From NCBI GenBank assembly GCA_025453955.1, contig JALOPJ010000012.1, forward strand, positions 1 to 58,189: a DNA stretch of 58,189 bases, in the 5' to 3' direction. The notes under the pieces were generated by a model. The model was given only the letters and a program-made list of their open reading frames with translations, was not told the origin of the DNA and ran no database searches. Origin of the DNA: Candidatus Edwardsbacteria bacterium. GTDB lineage: Bacteria > Edwardsbacteria > AC1 > EtOH8. Of this stretch, positions 53,591 to 58,189 are shown piece after piece (position 1 is the first letter of the stretch; every line of letters starts with the position of its first letter). Made by a program: the position numbers and the translations under genes.

Positions 53591-54648
53591 GGCGCGCCCC
53601 CGGTCCGCGGCAGGTCGCGGTAGGCCCCGCGGGCGCCGCCCCGCACGCTGATGCGGGCGATCCGGCCGTCGCGGAAGGCGAAGTCCATGCGGTCGCCGGC
53701 CGCCAGGTTGCGTCCCGCCGCCCGCTCCCGTTCCAGCTGGTGGTAGCGGCTCCAGGCGCGGCCCATCACCGCCGCCCGCTCCAGCTTGCGCTGCGCGAAC
53801 TCGGCCCACAGGCTGTCGCCGCAGATCAGGTCGGTGTCGGGCGTGGCGGCCGCGGTCTGCCGCATCTCCACCGAATCGCGGGCCCAGGCCGTCCTGACGG
53901 CCTGATCCTCCAGCTCCAGGTCGATCCGCCGGGCCCGGATCTCGGAGGTGGCGTTCCAGACTCGGGGGGCCCGCTCCAGCGCGATCCGGCCGCGCTGCCG
54001 GTCGTAGGCCAGCCGGCCGCCGGCCGCCCAGACGCTGTCGCCCTGGTACTGCACGTCCCCGCTGCCGGTGGCCACGGCGCCGCGCTGCTCGATCTCCATG
54101 GTATCGGCGATGATCACCGCCGGCGGCCCGGCGCTGTCGCCGCCGGCCATCTCGAACCGCGGGCGGCCGGTCAGGCGGCCGTAGTCCCGGTCGTGCCAGT
54201 ACTCGCCGAAATCGCCGGTGGCGCGGTTGCGGCCGGAGGAATCGGCCAGCGCCACATGGCCGATGGCGTAGCTTCGCTCCAGCGCCTTGAGGAAGACGAT
54301 CGAGTCGGCGGTCATGGTCCAGCTGTTGTCGCGGGCCGCCGGGTCGCCGTGGACCACCGCCCGCCCGGCGGCCTTGGTATAGACCGCCTTGTGTCCGGTG
54401 ATCACGGCCGTGCGGTCGGTCAGCCGGAAGTGGCCCCACACCACCGCCCGGTCGGTGGCGGTCGAGGCCCAGGCCGAGTCGCCCCGCAGCACCGTGGTGC
54501 CGTGGGTGATCTCGACGTTGCCGTACAGCCAGGTGACCCGGTCGGCCGGCAGCGACTGCACCTTCATGGTGTTCGCCGCGACCAGGTAGGGCTGGGCGGT
54601 GTCGGCCGGGACCAGCGCCAGCAGCAGTATCACCGCGTTCAATCCCAT
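53587..54648 (-). CDS. OstA/LptA-family periplasmic protein (double length, 353 aa)
   Basis: Signal-like MGLNAVILLLALVPA, then repeated beta-jellyroll-like segments. Its position between lptC and rpoN supports the call. Confidence 0.7.
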   Translation of the reverse strand: MGLNAVILLLALVPADTAQPYLVAANTMKVQSLPADRVTWLYGNVEITHGTTVLRGDSAWASTATDRAVVWGHFRLTDRTAVITGHKAVYTKAAGRAVVHGDPAARDNSWTMTADSIVFLKALERSYAIGHVALADSSGRNRATGDFGEYWHDRDYGRLTGRPRFEMAGGDSAGPPAVIIADTMEIEQRGAVATGSGDVQYQGDSVWAAGGRLAYDRQRGRIALERAPRVWNATSEIRARRIDLELEDQAVRTAWARDSVEMRQTAAATPDTDLICGDSLWAEFAQRKLERAAVMGRAWSRYHQLERERAAGRNLAAGDRMDFAFRDGRIARISVRGGARGAYRDLPRTGGAP

Positions 54649-55202
54649 GACAGTCCGTCGAAATCCAGCAGTTCCTTCTTGCCCCGCACGTTGCGCAGCA
54701 GCTGGACCTCCCGGCCGTCGGGGCTGGCCTCCAGCCCGTCGCCCTCCAGCCAGTCGGTGCCCTTTTCCAGCCGGACGTGCACGTCGGTGACCAGCCGCCG
54801 CCGCTTGTTGATCCAGCGGATCCGCTCGGTGTAGATCTTCAGGCTGTCGCGGGTGACCACCACCACCCGCTGGCGGGCCTCCACGTCGCGGCTGGCGGTG
54901 TTGATGGTGCCCTGGTCCGAGGTCACGACCATCAGCACCGAGTCCCCGGCCTTGCGGTAGAAGTCCAGCTTCAGCTTGAACAGCTCCACGGTCTGCCGCT
55001 CGCTGAAGGTGTTGGCCGAGTCGGCGTCCAGCACCCACGACTTCTTGCCCATCACGGTCTCCACCAGCCGGAAGCCGTTGATGGTCTGCGAGGGCAGCAC
55101 CCCGGCCGCCTTGAGCGGCGCCTCGGGCTTGATCCGCCCGCCGCAGCCGGCCAGGGCCAGCAGCGATGCCGCGATGGCGATGTATCGAATGACGTGTCTC
55201 AT
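54639..55202 (-). CDS. lptC: LPS export protein LptC
   Basis: Membrane anchor MRHVIRYIAIAASLLALAGC, then the LptC-like FRLVETVMGKKSWVLDADSANTF... The ATG overlaps the lpxL stop (ATGA). Confidence 0.72.
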   Translation of the reverse strand: MRHVIRYIAIAASLLALAGCGGRIKPEAPLKAAGVLPSQTINGFRLVETVMGKKSWVLDADSANTFSERQTVELFKLKLDFYRKAGDSVLMVVTSDQGTINTASRDVEARQRVVVVTRDSLKIYTERIRWINKRRRLVTDVHVRLEKGTDWLEGDGLEASPDGREVQLLRNVRGKKELLDFDGLSWD

Positions 55203-56101
55203 GCGGTCCGGTCGCGGCCCGGGCGGGCCGGGTCCCCCGGTTTCTCCTTCCACCGTAAATGCATCCACACCCATTGCGTGATGTCGATCGTGATCAATTC
55301 CTCGACGGCCGCCGTCTGCCGCTGCACCAGCGCTGCCAGGTCGGCGCGCCCGTCCTGCGGCAGCTGCGGCCGCACGGTGAGCACGTGCCGGCCGTCCGGC
55401 CGGCGGTGGATGGCCAGCGGCACCACGGCGCAGCCGGTCTTGGCGGCGATGGCCGCGGCGCCGCTGGGCGTCTTGGCCGCGCGGCCGAAGAACATCGCGT
55501 CCACGCTGGCCACGCGGGTGTCCTGGTCGATCAGGATGCCCAGCCCGCCGCCGCGCTGCAGGTGGCGCAGGATCTGCCGGGCGCCGCTGTCGCGGTCGAA
55601 GGTGGCGACCCCGTGCCGGGCCCGCAGGCCGGTGACCAGCGCGGCCAACCGGTCGTCGTAGGCCCGCTTGCCGACCACGGCGATGTCGTAGCCGTGGCGC
55701 GAGAACCAGGCCGGGATCAGCTCCCAGCAGCCGATGTGCCCGGTGACGGCGATCAGTCCCCGGCCCCGCCGGTAGGCCGCGCCGAAGTGCCCGAGCCCCT
55801 CGACCGTCACCAGCCGGTCAATGTCGTGCGCCGACATCACGGGCAGCCGGGCCGCGTCCACCATGTTCAGCGCCAGCTGGCGGAAGACCGTCTTGCCGAA
55901 CCGTCCGGGGTCCGTCATCTGCGGGAAGACCAGCCGCAGGTTGAACAGGACCTTGGCGCGCTCCCGCGGCAGGACGGCCCAGGCCAGCGCCGAGAGGCGG
56001 CCGCACAGCGCCAGCGCCCACCGCCGCGGCACCAGCTGGATGAACAGGACGATCAGCCGGACGAGCACGTACTGGAACTGGCGGCGGGTCTCCTTCTTCA
56101 T
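55199..56101 (-). CDS. Lipid A biosynthesis late acyltransferase (LpxL/HtrB family)
   Basis: N-terminal TM, GRGLIAVTGHIGCWEL (HX4E-type motif) and a lysophospholipid acyltransferase pattern. Confidence 0.82.
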   Translation of the reverse strand: MKKETRRQFQYVLVRLIVLFIQLVPRRWALALCGRLSALAWAVLPRERAKVLFNLRLVFPQMTDPGRFGKTVFRQLALNMVDAARLPVMSAHDIDRLVTVEGLGHFGAAYRRGRGLIAVTGHIGCWELIPAWFSRHGYDIAVVGKRAYDDRLAALVTGLRARHGVATFDRDSGARQILRHLQRGGGLGILIDQDTRVASVDAMFFGRAAKTPSGAAAIAAKTGCAVVPLAIHRRPDGRHVLTVRPQLPQDGRADLAALVQRQTAAVEELITIDITQWVWMHLRWKEKPGDPARPGRDRTA

Positions 56102-56107
56102 CTGGTA

Positions 56108-56136
56108 AATTTATCACAGTATGCTGTGCAATGCAA
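56108..56136 (-). promoter_or_regulatory. Promoter-like TTGCAT-17-TAAATT ending 6 nt before the lpxL ATG
   Basis: Minus strand: -35 at 56136..56131 and -10 at 56113..56108. ATG at 56101. Confidence 0.4.
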
Positions 56137-56140
56137 GCAA

Positions 56141-56171
56141 AAATGGCCCCTTTTTTCATAAGGGGCCATTT
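56141..56171. terminator. Bidirectional-type rho-independent terminator after kdsD
   Basis: AAATGGCCCCTT-TTTTCAT-AAGGGGCCATTT (12-bp stem), flanked by A-runs and T-runs. Confidence 0.8.
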
Positions 56172-56291
56172 TTCACCTGGCCATGTCAATAGGGTAATGC
56201 CCTATTCTTACATATAGTTATACTTCATGTAATGTACGGCTCGGAGCGATATGCAAATAACATACCACCAACGGACCTGCCGGTATGCCGG

Positions 56292-57161
56292 TCACAGCAC
56301 CCCCGCCTGCATGATGTCGTGCAGGTGGATGATTCCCACCGGTCTCCGCTCCTTGTCCGTGACCAGCAGCGAGGTGACGCGGTGCTCCTGCATCAGGGTC
56401 GCGGCCTTGACCGCCAGCTGGTCCTGGCCGATGGTCTTGGGGCCCTTGTTCATCACCTCGGCCACCGGCAGGCCGAAGATGTTCTCGGTCCTGGCCAGCA
56501 GCCGCTTGAGGTCGCCGTCGGTGATCACGCCGGCCAGCTTCCCCTCGGCGTCCACCACCGACGTCACGCCGCGCTTGGCCGTCATCTCGATCACCGCCTC
56601 CTTCATGGTGGCCGTGGCCGGGACCGCCGGCACGTCCGTGCCCGACAGCATCAGGTCGGCCACCCGCAGCAGCAGCTTCTTGCCCAGCCCGCCGCCGGGA
56701 TGGAAACAGGCGAAGTCCTCGGGCGTGAAGTCGCGCTGGTCCAGCAAGGCGATGGCCAGGGCGTCGCCCATCGCCAGCGCCGCCGTGGTGCTGGAGGTGG
56801 GCACCAGGTCGTGGGGGCAGGCCTCCTCCGCGACGCCGACGTCCAGCACCACGTCGCTCTGGGCGGCCAGCGGCGAGTCCGTCGAGCCCAGCAGCGCGAC
56901 GATCCGCACCCCGGTGCGTTTCAGCATCGTCAGCAGCTCGCACAGCTCGTCGGTGCCGCCGCTCTTGGAGATGATCAGCGCCACGTCGCCCTTGGAGACG
57001 ATCCCCAGGTCGCCGTGCAGGGCGTCGGTGGGCAGCAGCAGCCCGACGGCCTCGGCGAATTTCCCGTTGATGCGCGCCGCCATCTCGGATAGCGCCGCGG
57101 CCTCGGAACGTATGGTTTTCTTTCCAAGTGATGTTATATTCTTCGCGTTTTTCATAGGCAA
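56292..57161 (-). CDS. kdsD: Arabinose-5-phosphate isomerase (KpsF/GutQ/KdsD family) lacking the N-terminal SIS P-loop segment
   Basis: SIS remainder ALHGDLGIV...ISKSGGTDEL...EACPHDLVPTSSTTAALAMGDA plus a CBS pair. The GxGKSG block normally found between FAEAVGLLL and PTDALHGDLG is absent. Confidence 0.8.
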   Translation of the reverse strand: MPMKNAKNITSLGKKTIRSEAAALSEMAARINGKFAEAVGLLLPTDALHGDLGIVSKGDVALIISKSGGTDELCELLTMLKRTGVRIVALLGSTDSPLAAQSDVVLDVGVAEEACPHDLVPTSSTTAALAMGDALAIALLDQRDFTPEDFACFHPGGGLGKKLLLRVADLMLSGTDVPAVPATATMKEAVIEMTAKRGVTSVVDAEGKLAGVITDGDLKRLLARTENIFGLPVAEVMNKGPKTIGQDQLAVKAATLMQEHRVTSLLVTDKERRPVGIIHLHDIMQAGVL

Positions 57162-57233
57162 TTCTCACATTGCTGATACGTATGGATCACGAATGAGCCT
57201 GAAGCCGCATCCTGACTGAATAATATGCTATGG

Positions 57234-57659
57234 TTATCTGCGCTCCCATACATCGCCGATTTTCTTGTAAGCGAAACCAAATCGTTTACGATTGAACATG
57301 CCGAATCGTGGTTTCTTTTTATCGTAAACAAGCATCACAACCGTACTATATTTTTGCTGCCTAGGCACATTCTTGCTGCTGCTGTAGGTCGACATATTGG
57401 TCTGCTCAGCAACCTGTTGAATGCGACACCGAAACAACTCATCTGTTTGTTGCGCCAAGGCCTGTGTGTCGCTTAATGGTATATCAGAAACACTTTGCAC
57501 TACGAGCGCCCATTCCTTATCGCCAGGGAAATATTGGGACGTTACCGATTCCAAGTAGACCGTGGTGCCCGATGAAAGCTCTACTGGTTGAATCCCCGAA
57601 CACCCGATCATGGAAACGAGTATGATTATTATACTGACGAGCAAGTAGCGGCTCTGCAT
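57234..57659 (-). CDS. Lipoprotein of unknown function in a low-GC islet (141 aa)
   Basis: MQSRYLLVSIIIILVSMIGCSG (lipobox). AT-rich codon usage, unlike all neighbouring genes. Confidence 0.6.
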   Translation of the reverse strand: MQSRYLLVSIIIILVSMIGCSGIQPVELSSGTTVYLESVTSQYFPGDKEWALVVQSVSDIPLSDTQALAQQTDELFRCRIQQVAEQTNMSTYSSSKNVPRQQKYSTVVMLVYDKKKPRFGMFNRKRFGFAYKKIGDVWERR

Positions 57660-57702
57660 CGTGTATCTCCGTATCATGACTAAACATGTGTCATATTCCC
57701 GG

Positions 57703-58189
57703 TCACAGCCCCGAGATCCCGCTTTCGGACGAGTATTCCACCTGGTACTCCAGCGGCATCTCCTGCGCCTCCTGCGGCGCGAGCTTGACCTTCCACTCGA
57801 TCACGCCGTTGGGCTTCTGCTTGATCCCGTACTCCGCAGCCTCGTCGCCGAACTCCGGCGCCACCAGTTTCACCTTGACCTTGTCCGTGCGCGACACCGG
57901 GAACTGCTCGGTCACAGTGATCACCGCCGGGTCGCCCTTGAGGTTCCTGAGCTTGACCTTGTAGGCGAAGGTGCGCCGCACCTTCTTGGTGCCCTCGGCC
58001 AGGTCCTTCACCTTCTGCCGCGTCACCTTGATGCCCTGGTCCACGCCCAGTGACACGTTGAACTTCTCCGACGGCACCACCGTGTTGATGGCCGACGTCC
58101 CGATGAAATTGTTGCCGAAGAAGATGTTGATGTCCCCGCTGATGAACGGGTACTCGGTGGTGTTCACCACCCGGGCCTTGAGGTAGGCG
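57703..58189 (-). CDS. DUF4139 (MuiA-like) domain protein, C-terminal part; gene continues beyond the right edge
   Basis: ...YPFISGDINIFFGNNFIGTSAINTVVPSEKFNVSLGVDQGIKVTR...VTEQFPVSRTDKVKVKL...IEWKVKLAPQEAQEMPLEYQVEY matches the DUF4139 C-terminal pattern. The frame stays open to 58189. Confidence 0.7.
   Translation of the reverse strand, partial: AYLKARVVNTTEYPFISGDINIFFGNNFIGTSAINTVVPSEKFNVSLGVDQGIKVTRQKVKDLAEGTKKVRRTFAYKVKLRNLKGDPAVITVTEQFPVSRTDKVKVKLVAPEFGDEAAEYGIKQKPNGVIEWKVKLAPQEAQEMPLEYQVEYSSESGISGL

Noticed and set aside
57225-57476. The plus-strand 83-aa ORF inside the low-GC islet.
   Set aside because: It is antisense to the lipoprotein ORF, which has a clear signal peptide and lipobox. 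The plus-strand ORF has no RBS or recognisable features.

Overview
This is a 58.2-kb GC-rich bacterial chromosomal segment (roughly two-thirds G+C by eye, not computed). It comes from a diderm, plausibly an uncultured FCB-group-like lineage. The hints are a T9SS-type C-terminal sorting domain, a PorV-like OMP, Lpt/LPS genes, the LL-DAP aminotransferase lysine route and a regulatory HprK/HPr/EI set.

I can support about 58 protein-coding genes. All but one (the SARP/BTAD regulator at 19423..21612) lie on the minus strand, and many are joined by 1-4 nt start/stop overlaps. In minus-strand reading order (right to left) the blocks are:
- DUF4139 (partial) plus a low-GC lipoprotein islet.
- kdsD-lpxL-lptC-lptA-rpoN-lipA-hpf-hprK-GH57-ptsH-ptsI.
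- An envelope-sugar block: DegT aminotransferase, two GT9, DUF3108, a DHS-like protein and GDP-mannose pyrophosphorylase.
- SPOR lipoprotein, Na/Pi transporter, ComFB, an unknown protein and a PorV-like OMP.
- A XerC/D-type recombinase.
- argF, small TM protein, dapF, guaB, dapB, TPR lipoprotein, dapL, lysC, small Cys protein, asd.
- Yip1 plus an ABC-2 exporter.
- An S8 peptidase-UbiA/TPR operon.
- TetR-TolC-MacA-MacB.
- A Che-like operon (cheW-cheY-cheA-cheC-TPR) that continues into DUF4388/PATAN and Roadblock/LC7 genes.

I saw no rRNA, tRNA, CRISPR array, transposase or phage genes.

The most notable observations are:
1. The receptor-less Che core is linked to PATAN and Roadblock (MglB-like) proteins.
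2. Several families of structured intergenic repeats are present: AT-rich heptad-phased arrays, a perfectly 21-bp-phased TTAC-N5-GCCA array, and REP-like palindromes with compensatory stems.
3. Four discrete gene lesions occur: a 61-bp and a 15-bp perfect tandem duplication, a 1-nt frameshift and a ~36-codon in-frame deletion.
4. Near-consensus promoters are visible, three of them placed so close to the start codon that the mRNAs would be leaderless, and one pair is interdigitated and divergent.

The long plus-strand ORFs in the track are antisense shadows of real genes and were not called.
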